Assembly: GCF_034259325.1 (NCBI RefSeq)
Contig: NZ_JAXIVS010000015.1
Location: 102,515-166,514 of the forward strand
Source of the DNA: Hyalangium rubrum
GTDB lineage: Bacteria; Myxococcota; Myxococcia; Myxococcales; Myxococcaceae
Length of the DNA: 64,000 nt
Direction of reading: 5' to 3'
Below are positions 19,639 to 28,200 of the stretch, piece by piece. The notes beneath the pieces are model-generated. The model had not been told where the DNA came from. It ran no database searches and saw nothing but the letters and a program-made list of their open reading frames with translations. Numbering within the stretch: position 1 is the stretch's first letter; every line of letters begins with the position of its first letter. The translations under genes were made by a program, and so were the position numbers.

Positions 19639-21420
19639 ATGCCCTCGTCCACGCTGCACCGCCTGTCCCTCTGGGGAAGTGCCTTCCTCGCCGTGAGCCT
19701 CCTGCCCTCCTGCATGTCGGCGAAGGCGCCTCAGGTGGAGACCGCCGCGCGGGCGGAGTCCGTCCCCGCACAGGACCAGCGCATGGATGGGGCCGAGGCA
19801 CCGGAGGAGAAGGCCCTGGCGGCAATGCCCGCTCCCATGGGCGTGGTGGCACCTTCCCCGACGACTCCCCCTCCCCCGCCCATGTCCCCCGCGCGCCCGG
19901 AGCCCGCCAAACGGACGCGGGAGGCCAGCACGCAGCAACCTGCAAAGCAGGACTTCATGCAGGGAGAAGCACGGGGCAAGAGAGGGCCGGTCCTGGATCG
20001 CAAGGACGCCACCGCCTCTTCGGACGACGCGCTGAACACCGGCGTCGAGGGCGGTAACACCTTCGAGGCGCACACTCCCAACGCGTTCACCGACGCCCGG
20101 GAGGACGCGTTCTCCACCTTCGCGGTGGACGTGGACACCGCCTCGTACTCGCTCGCGCGCCGCTACCTGAACCAGGGCAGCCTCCCCCCGGCCGGCGCCG
20201 TGCGCGTCGAGGAGTTCGTCAACTACTTCAAGTACCGCTACGCCCCGCCGCAGCAGGGCGCGTTCACCGTCCACCTCGAGGGCGCGCCCTCCCCGTTCGC
20301 CTCGGGCCGCCACTTCCTGCGCGTGGGCGTGCAGGGCAAGGTCATCTCGCGCTCGCAGCGCAAGCCCGCGCACCTCGTCTTCCTCGTGGACACGAGCGGC
20401 TCCATGCAGTCGCAGGACAAGCTGCCGCTGGCCAAGGAGGCCATCAAGCTCGCGGTGAAGAACCTCAATGAGAACGACACGGTGGCCATCGTCACGTACG
20501 CGGGCTCCACGCGGGATGTGCTCGCGCCTACCCCCGCCACGGACCAGCAGCGCATCTACGCGGCGGTCGACGCTCTCCAGTCGGGCGGCGGCACGGCCAT
20601 GGGCTCGGGCATGGAGATGGCCTACCGCCACGCGGTGAAGAAGGCCTCGGGCAGCGTCGTCTCCCGCGTCATCGTCCTCACGGATGGCGACGCCAACATC
20701 GGCCCCAACCTCTCGGCGAACTCCATCCTGGAGAGCATCGAGAAGTACGTCGCCGAGGGCGTGACGCTGTCCACCATCGGCTTCGGCATGGGCAACTACC
20801 GTGACGACCTGATGGAGAAGCTGGCGGACAAGGGCAACGGCAATGCCTTCTACGTGGACAGCTGGCAGGAGGCGAAGAAGGTCTTCGAGACGCAGCTCAC
20901 CGGCACGCTCGAGGTGATCGCCAAGGACGTGAAGATCCAGGTCGAGTTCAACCCGCAGGCCGTGCGCCGCTACCGGCTGGTGGGCTACGAGAACCGGGAC
21001 GTGGCCGACCGCGACTTCCGCAATGACAAGGTGGACGCGGGCGAGATCGGCGCCGGCCACAACGTCACCGCGCTCTACGAGGTGGAGCTGACGGGCGAGG
21101 CGGCCTCGCTGGCCACGGTGCGCATCCGCGCCAAGGCCCCCAACGGCACCGAGGCCTCCGAGCAGAGCTTCGCCTTCGAGCGGAACATGATGCGCTCCTC
21201 GGTGGAGACGGCCTCCTCGGACTTCCGCTTCGCGCTGGCGGTGGCCTCCACGGCCGACATCCTGCGCGCCAGCCCGTCCGCCCAGGATTGGAGCCTCGTC
21301 ACCGCCCGCAAGCTCGCGGAGGGCGCCACCGAGGGCCAGGCCGAGCGCGCCGAGTTCGTGAAGCTGGTGACACAAGCCCAGGCGCTCAAGGGTGCCTCCG
21401 CCGAGCGGATTGGGCGATAA
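19639..21420 (+). CDS. von Willebrand factor type A domain lipoprotein (YfbK-like, VWA + DUF3520)
   Basis: There is a lipobox (LLPSCMS). MIDAS motif LVFLVDTSGSMQSQDKLPLAKEAIKL...IVTYAGS..., and a C-terminal YfbK-like region. Confidence 0.7.
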   Translation: MPSSTLHRLSLWGSAFLAVSLLPSCMSAKAPQVETAARAESVPAQDQRMDGAEAPEEKALAAMPAPMGVVAPSPTTPPPPPMSPARPEPAKRTREASTQQPAKQDFMQGEARGKRGPVLDRKDATASSDDALNTGVEGGNTFEAHTPNAFTDAREDAFSTFAVDVDTASYSLARRYLNQGSLPPAGAVRVEEFVNYFKYRYAPPQQGAFTVHLEGAPSPFASGRHFLRVGVQGKVISRSQRKPAHLVFLVDTSGSMQSQDKLPLAKEAIKLAVKNLNENDTVAIVTYAGSTRDVLAPTPATDQQRIYAAVDALQSGGGTAMGSGMEMAYRHAVKKASGSVVSRVIVLTDGDANIGPNLSANSILESIEKYVAEGVTLSTIGFGMGNYRDDLMEKLADKGNGNAFYVDSWQEAKKVFETQLTGTLEVIAKDVKIQVEFNPQAVRRYRLVGYENRDVADRDFRNDKVDAGEIGAGHNVTALYEVELTGEAASLATVRIRAKAPNGTEASEQSFAFERNMMRSSVETASSDFRFALAVASTADILRASPSAQDWSLVTARKLAEGATEGQAERAEFVKLVTQAQALKGASAERIGR

Positions 21421-21432
21421 TCCCCACCACGG

Positions 21433-22215
21433 ATGACCTCTGCTTCTCCCGCAGCCCGAGTGTTCGGAGCCACCTGCCCCGAACACTCGGGTTTCAAGCC
21501 GGTGGAGACCTGCTCTCGCTGTGGGCGCTTCCTGTGTGCTCGCTGCGAGACCTGGGGAGAGTTTTGCGCGGCCTGTGAGCACCGGCGGCTTCGGGAGATG
21601 CCCTCCTCGGCCTCCCGAGGCCGATGGACCCAGCGGGTGCTGAGCCTGGTCGCGCTGGTCGCTTCGGTCGAAGGAGCGCTCAACGGCTGGTTGATCTCCC
21701 GCCTCCATGAGGGAGCGGTGACCACCACGGCCGTGGGGACCTACCTCCGGCTCTCGCTCCTGCTGAACGTGTTGGTGGTGCTGGCCACCGGGCTCTCGGC
21801 CCTCTTCTTCCTGCGATGGCTGCACCTGGCGGTGCGGACCGCGAAGATGCTCGGCCTGGAGCCTGGAACGACGCCCGGCTGGGCCGTGGGCTGGTGGTTC
21901 GTTCCCCTGGCCAACCTCTATGATCCCTACCTCGTGGTGCGCGGCCTGTGGCTGTGCCTGGGCGGCTCGCCCAAGGCGGGCGCGTCCGTATCGACGTGGT
22001 GGACGGCGTGGGTCCTCAGCGTCGTGGCCTGGTGCGTCCAGGTGTACCTGCTCGGCACCCTGGCGATGGATCCCTTCCAGTTCACCCCCGCCCTGCTCGC
22101 CGGCTTCGTGACCGGCGTGCTCATCACCCTGGGCGCCCTGCTCTGCATGCGCGTCATCGGTCAGGTGCAGACGCTGATCGACGAGTGCATGGACGAGGTG
22201 GCCGAGGCCGCCTGA
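21433..22215 (+). CDS. DUF4328-like integral membrane protein with N-terminal Cys-rich zinc-ribbon-like motif
   Basis: The N-terminus reads CPEHSG...CSRCGRFLCARCETWGEFCAACEH. It is followed by 4-5 TM helices with W-rich loops (WAVGWWFVPLANLYDPY). Confidence 0.5.
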   Translation: MTSASPAARVFGATCPEHSGFKPVETCSRCGRFLCARCETWGEFCAACEHRRLREMPSSASRGRWTQRVLSLVALVASVEGALNGWLISRLHEGAVTTTAVGTYLRLSLLLNVLVVLATGLSALFFLRWLHLAVRTAKMLGLEPGTTPGWAVGWWFVPLANLYDPYLVVRGLWLCLGGSPKAGASVSTWWTAWVLSVVAWCVQVYLLGTLAMDPFQFTPALLAGFVTGVLITLGALLCMRVIGQVQTLIDECMDEVAEAA

Positions 22216-22242
22216 ATCCTGGCGACCTCGGCCCACTTCCCA

Positions 22243-25038
22243 TCAAGGAGTGCTGGTGGGATCCGCCGGGTTGCTCCCCGCCACGCGCTCGTCCCCATCC
22301 CGGAACCCGTCGAGGTCGCGGTCCAGCCCGATACGCGTGCCGGCCCCTAGAGGAACGCAGGTAAAGGTGAGCACGCACTCTCCCGTGCAGCTCTCGAGGA
22401 GATCCTCCTTCGAGATGGCAGGCAGGGAGACGCGATCCTTCGTGAACTGATCATTCCCCACGTAGAGCAAGCCCACCTCTTGCAGCCAGACCCGGCCCTT
22501 CACCACCACGTCGCACTCGTCCTCCTCCGCGCGCGCCACGAGGAGATCGATCCGAGGGCCCACCACGGACAGGTTGCTGCTCGTGAGCGTGATTTGCTGG
22601 CCGACGATCGGCGCGAGGTTGCTGTCGAACACCAGCATGAACTCCGCCAGGTTGTGCTTGCCGGTGACGTTCGCGGGGGTGTTCTGAAGCCCCACGGGGT
22701 TGATCGTGCTCTGGTCGAAGCTGCTGTTGAAGCGGAACAGGTCGGGGATCGTTCCGTCATGGGCGAAGCCGTAGCCCCGGATCTGATCGCCCAGGAAGGG
22801 ATCCGGGGGAACGAAGCCCATGGCGTAGCCGACGCCGAACATGCCGATCTTCTGGTACATGCCCCTCAGTTGCGGAGTCTTGAAGACCTGCGGCTCGGGA
22901 TCGATCGATGAGGTGCCGTCCGTCCCGAAGAAGCCCGCGAAGGGCCCCTCTCCCGGGTTGGCGGTGGGATCGAGCCGGTGGCACGTCTCGCAGGTGCCCT
23001 GAGGCGCGAGCGTCTGGTTGAAGAAGAAGTCTCGCCCCGCCTGCTGGTTGGGCGTCAGGGAGTTGTCGAGGTTGCGGATCGGGTTGGGCGGGTACGCGAG
23101 CTGAAGGATGAAGTCGGTGAACTTCTGCATCTCACTGGGGGTGAGCTGCGCGTCGCGCCCGAGCAGGGCCATGAAGGCCGGGTTGAACTCCTTGAACGCG
23201 GCCTGCTCATCGAACGTCCCGTCATTCGGCTGCACGCTGGCCTCGTCGTTGCCGCCGGTGCGGTCGGCGCGCCAGTGCATCGCCCCGTGGTTGGCCATGC
23301 CGCGCAGGCTCTGGGTGACCATTGGCCCCTTCAGCGGATGGAAGCTGATGTCCTGGCCGAACGTCCCGTCGGTGCCAAAGCCGGGCACCACCGGAGGCGC
23401 GAAGGGATTCCCATTGGTCTCCACGGCGCCGTCGGGGTTGCCGAGATCCCACGCCAGGGTGTCCAGGTCGCCAAAGATGTGGCAGCTGGCGCAGGACGAG
23501 TCGCCGTGGCTCGAGCTGTTCCGAGCGTCATAGAGGAACGGGCGCCCCTGCACCACGCTCGCGGGCTCTGGGTTGTACATGGACAGGCTGGCAATCTCCT
23601 GGTTCGTGGTGGTGTTGACGACGGAGACCGCGTTGTTGAAGCGCGTCAGCACGTACATGCGCGAGCGGGCCTCATCCAGCACCATGCCGGTGGGGCCTCC
23701 GCCGCTCAGCGGGATCTGGTTCGCCGTGCTGGGCACGAAGGTGTCGCCCTCGAGCGCGGAGGTGGCGTAGACGCCGATCTTCGACGAGCCGAACGCGGCC
23801 ACGTACAGGGTGGCGCCGTTGGCCGTCACCGCCATCCCGAGCGGCTGCGCCAGGCTCTTATCGTTCTCGGTGTTGGGGATCGCTGCACAGCAGGTCCCGT
23901 AGTTGATGTGCTTGTTGAGGTGCCTCGGCGCGACTCCCGTGGAGCTGAGCACCGAGATCCGGCTCTCGTGCAGGTGCCCCCGGAGGGTGGTGCCTGCGAA
24001 GGTGCCAGGTCCCTCGAAGCGCAGGTCATTCCGCGCCTCGGTGTTGCTCACGTACACCTTCCCGTTCACCGGGTTGACGGCCATGTTGAACAGGATCGTG
24101 CCCACGCCGGCGTAGAAGCCGGAGGCGCCCGAGACCTGCGCCGGAGGGTTGGTCGTGGCGTCGATGACGAACACGTCCTTGTCCGGCAGGGAGAACTTCA
24201 CGTCGTTGGTCCACGAGCGGTTGAGCACGTCCACCCAGTTCTGCCCGTCGAACTTGACGATGATGCCGACCTCGGGCGCCGGCGCTCCCGCGAAGTTGGT
24301 GTTCGGCCCGGGCACTCCGCCCGCCGTCTGGCCCCCGTCGGGCACCAAGGTCTCGCGGAGCGTGGTGGTGCGGTTACCCGAGTGGAACGCCGCCGCGTAG
24401 ACGCGCGTACCGTCAGGCGTCACCGCGAGCGCGCGGGGCGTGTCGGCGAAGAGCGTGAGGATCGTGAGGGGCGTTCCCCCAAGCGTGGAGCCCAGGCTGC
24501 CCGAGTCGAAGACCCAGACATCGGCCCGGCCGACGCCCGGCGTGGTGAACTGCGGATCGAACGGAACGTTCTGGCCACGGTGGGCCGCGGTGATGAAGGC
24601 GCGGTTCTTGGCGGTGCCAGCGAAGACGATGTCGCGAGGCTCGTCGCCGACGAGCAGGGTCCGCGTGACGACCCCGCTGTACCCACCCGTGCCGACCTTC
24701 ACGATGCTCACGCTGTCGGAGAGGTGATTGACGACCCAAACCTCGTCATTGGTGCGCGCCGCGACCGCGACGGGCTCGAGCCCCACGGGTACCGAGGAGC
24801 GGTGGACGAGGCCGCTCGAGAAGATCTCGAAGATCTCCAGGCGATTGTCGGGGGTGTTGACGGCGAAGAGGAACTTGCCGTTGGGCGACATGGCCAGGGG
24901 GCGAACCTGGCCGCTCTCGAAGAGGGTAAACGCGGACGCAGTGGGTGACGTTCCACCCGCCAGCACACTCACGCAAAGTGTTACTGCGAAGACAACTCTC
25001 GACAGGCTGCGGACCAGAACGCCGCCTACGACGACCAT
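22243..25038 (-). CDS. Secreted beta-propeller repeat protein with di-haem cytochrome c (peroxidase-like) domain
   Basis: The 931-aa protein has a signal peptide. The N-terminal half carries YVTN/NHL-like repeats (…NGKFLFAVNTPDNRLEIF…, …VTPDGTRVYAAAF…, …GKVYVSNTEARN…, …NGATLYVAAFGSSKIGVY…). Two CxxCH haem-binding motifs (SSCASCHIF and GTCETCHRLD) are spaced ~170 aa apart, as in CCP/MauG-type di-haem peroxidases. Confidence 0.6.
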   Translation of the reverse strand: MVVVGGVLVRSLSRVVFAVTLCVSVLAGGTSPTASAFTLFESGQVRPLAMSPNGKFLFAVNTPDNRLEIFEIFSSGLVHRSSVPVGLEPVAVAARTNDEVWVVNHLSDSVSIVKVGTGGYSGVVTRTLLVGDEPRDIVFAGTAKNRAFITAAHRGQNVPFDPQFTTPGVGRADVWVFDSGSLGSTLGGTPLTILTLFADTPRALAVTPDGTRVYAAAFHSGNRTTTLRETLVPDGGQTAGGVPGPNTNFAGAPAPEVGIIVKFDGQNWVDVLNRSWTNDVKFSLPDKDVFVIDATTNPPAQVSGASGFYAGVGTILFNMAVNPVNGKVYVSNTEARNDLRFEGPGTFAGTTLRGHLHESRISVLSSTGVAPRHLNKHINYGTCCAAIPNTENDKSLAQPLGMAVTANGATLYVAAFGSSKIGVYATSALEGDTFVPSTANQIPLSGGGPTGMVLDEARSRMYVLTRFNNAVSVVNTTTNQEIASLSMYNPEPASVVQGRPFLYDARNSSSHGDSSCASCHIFGDLDTLAWDLGNPDGAVETNGNPFAPPVVPGFGTDGTFGQDISFHPLKGPMVTQSLRGMANHGAMHWRADRTGGNDEASVQPNDGTFDEQAAFKEFNPAFMALLGRDAQLTPSEMQKFTDFILQLAYPPNPIRNLDNSLTPNQQAGRDFFFNQTLAPQGTCETCHRLDPTANPGEGPFAGFFGTDGTSSIDPEPQVFKTPQLRGMYQKIGMFGVGYAMGFVPPDPFLGDQIRGYGFAHDGTIPDLFRFNSSFDQSTINPVGLQNTPANVTGKHNLAEFMLVFDSNLAPIVGQQITLTSSNLSVVGPRIDLLVARAEEDECDVVVKGRVWLQEVGLLYVGNDQFTKDRVSLPAISKEDLLESCTGECVLTFTCVPLGAGTRIGLDRDLDGFRDGDERVAGSNPADPTSTP

Positions 25039-25241
25039 GGCTCCTCCTATTCACAGGTGAACTGCGCGCTCGTCGCTACGTTGAGGAACGGGTCTGACTG
25101 ACCACACCCCTCTCATCGCGGAATCGCTGCAATTCCCGTGCTCCCCGTCATTCAGTGGACAAAGACGCACCTCTCGGGCGCTTCACCGCGCAGATGCGGT
25201 GAAGGCCTCGAGGTGTGAGGGGCGCCAGGTCTGTGGGGGGA

Positions 25242-28200
25242 TCAGCGCTGCTGCGTGATGGCCTTGACCAGCTCCAGCGCCTGATCGATGGCCTGCCACA
25301 CCTGCATGGGGCTGAGAGCTTCCTGGTTCGTCTGCAGGCTGCGCTTCGCCGCGCGCTCCAGCGGCTCCAGGGCATCCTGGATGAGCACGAGCTGCCGGGG
25401 CAGATCCACGGGCAGCGCCCCGGAGGCGGCCCGCGCGAGCGCTGGCGCGACCTGCACCGGCCGCTCCGCCATGGCCGCCACGGCCTTGGTGAGCTGCTCC
25501 ATGTATGGCGCCATGTCCGCCGCGGGCGCGGAAGCCACCGGGGCGGTCGCGGGCTGCAGCGACCGCTCGGCCAGGGCCTTCAGCACCTTGGCCAGGTGCT
25601 GGAGGTACGGCGAGAGGTCCGGTCCCGGAGGCACGTTCACCACCGGCGCGGGAGCCGGAGGCGGCGGGTTCTCCTTCGCCTCTCGCGCCACCTTGGCCAC
25701 CTCGAGCACCGCCTCGCGCAGGGCCTCCAGGCGCGGCGTGACGGCGGCCACCGGATCGGCGCCGGGCTTCTTGTCCTGCTGGCCCTTGCGCACCGTCTCC
25801 GCCGCCTGCGACACCGCCTGGCTCACCGCGCTAAGCTGCTCCTCGATGGCGCTGAGCTGGCCGGTGACGCGGGCGACCGGATCGTCCTCCTTGCCGCCCA
25901 TGCGCTTGACGCGCGCGAAGCCCTGCTTGATCTCCTCCCAGCGCTTCGCCTTCTCCGCCGTGAGCCGGCCGCGCAGCTCCTGCATCTTGAGCAGGTTCTG
26001 CTCCGCCGCCGTGGTGAGCGTCTGGGACTCGCCCTGGTAGTGATCGTCGATGAGCCGCTCCAGCTCTTCGTCGGTCATCGCCGCCACCACCTTCTCGGCG
26101 AGCTTGCCCATGTTGCGGTAGCTGCCCTGCAGCTTGAACGGGGGCTCGGTGCGGAAGCGCTCGTCCTGCGCCGCCGAGGCGATGTACTGCAGGTTCACCT
26201 TCAGCAGCACCTTCTGCACGCTGAACAGCCGCTGCAGCACCGAGGAGATCTCCTGGATCTCCGCGGCCGCGTAGCCGTGCGACAGCTCGCTGCTGTTGAT
26301 CTCCTCGCCGCGCGCCATCCGGATGAACTTGTGGATGTCGCCGGGGTCCCGCGTGGCCAGCGGCGCCAGCGCCGGATTCGAGGTCAGCGCGTTCTCGATG
26401 TAGCTGAGCGCGAACAACTCCTCCTTGCCGTCGAGGATGTCGCCCAGGTTGTACGTGTCGGCGCGGTTGGCGAGCATGTCCGGGATGCGGAAGCGCTCGC
26501 CCGTCTCGGTGTACGGGTTGCCCGCCATCACCACGCAGAACTTCTTGCCGCGCAGGTCATACGTGCGCGTGCGGCCGTTCCACACGCCTTCGATCCGGCG
26601 CTGGCCGTCGCACAGCGAGATGAACTTCTGGAGCAGCTCCGGATCCGTGTGCTGGATGTCGTCGAGGTAGAGCATCACGTTGTTGCCCATCTCGAACGAG
26701 AGGTTGATGCGCTCCACCTCCTGCCGCGCGGTGGCGTTGGGCGCCTCCGCCGGATCCAGCGACTTCACCGCGTGCCCCAGCGCCGGGCCGTTCACCTTCA
26801 CGAAGGTGAGCCCCAGCCGGCTGGCCACGTACTCCATGAGCGTCGTCTTGCCGTAGCCGGGCGGAGACATGAGCAGCAGCATGCCCATGCGGTCGGTGCG
26901 CTTGTTCTCTCCTGCCGCGCCCAGCTGCTTGGCCAGGTTCGCGCCGATGAGCGGCAGGTACACCTCGTCGATGAGCCGGTTGCGCACGAAGGAGCTGAGC
27001 ACCTTGGGGCTGAGCTCCTCCAGCCGCAGCTTCCGGCGCTCGCGATCCAGCAAGTCGCGAAGCAGCGCGCGGTAGGCATGGTAGGCGGGCACCCGGAGCT
27101 GCCGGAACTCGCCCAGCCGCGCCAGGAACTCATCCAACCGAACCATCATCTTGCGGTCGGTGATGCGCGGGTGCTGTCCCAGCAGGCCCGTCACTTCCAG
27201 CGAGCTGAGCGCGCCTGCCTCCTCGCGATCCAGCTTGCGCTCGGTGAGCAGCAGCACGGCGGCCTCCAGGGCCACATAGGCTGCCTCGCCAGGGCCCCCC
27301 TCGCGCTGGGCCAGGTAGCCGGCCAGCCACGCCCGGGCAATGCGCAGGCGCTCCGGCAGGTTCTTCTCCAGGCTTCGCAGATCGTCCTCGAAGGCCGAGC
27401 GATTGCCCTGGCGCTCCAACTGCGCGCTGAAGGCGTCCCGCAGCGCCACCGCCTCGCCGCTGGTGGTGAAGCGCGGCCGGTCGGCGCCCAGCTCCTCCAC
27501 GAGGTAGCGGCCAGCCTGACGGGCCTCCGCCGGCGAGTGCGCGATCTTGTGCGCTGTGAGGAAGGCCTCCACGCGCTCGCCCATCTCATCCCCGAGCGCC
27601 ACCAGCTCCGCCCCGCTGGCGAACACAGTGCGCAGCCGGGCCAGGCTGCGCGCCCGGCGGTGGAGGACGGCGCGACCCGCCTCGTCCGTATCGAAGGCCC
27701 AGTAGAAGGCCGCCCAGGCGCGCGGCGTGGGAGCGAAGCGCAGCAGGCCCGCGCCCTGGTGCAGGTGCAGCAGCTTCTCCAGGATGGCGACGGCGTCCGT
27801 GTCGTGGATGCCGCGCTCGTAGCCCTCGTCGAACTTCTCGGCGGAGTAGGCGCGGATGCGCTCCAGCAAGGTGCCCGAGGTCGAAGCCTCGTGCAGCGCC
27901 GTCAGGCCCAGGCCGCCCTTGCCCTCCTCCGCGTCCGACAGGATGCACGCGGCCAGGTACTCCGAGCGGTACACCTCGCGCGTCTCGGAGACCAGGTGCT
28001 GCTCCCACAGCTCCTTGTACTTCTCGAGCGCCGGATCCTCGAGCCGCACGGCGTAGTCCGTGCCGGACAGCTGCATGAACAGCGCGCCTTCGCGCGGAAC
28101 CAACGTCAGGTCCAACGCCTGGGTGTTGACGTTGAAGCGGTACTTACCGAACTTGATGACGGCCTGGCCGTCCTCGAAGAGATCCTGGCGATCTCGCAGG

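Noticed and set aside
18745-22236. 1163-aa minus-strand ORF
   Set aside because: It is antisense to the DUF3105, VWA and DUF4328 genes. Composition-driven, with no motifs.
22978-24948. 656-aa plus-strand ORF
   Set aside because: It is antisense to the beta-propeller/di-haem gene.
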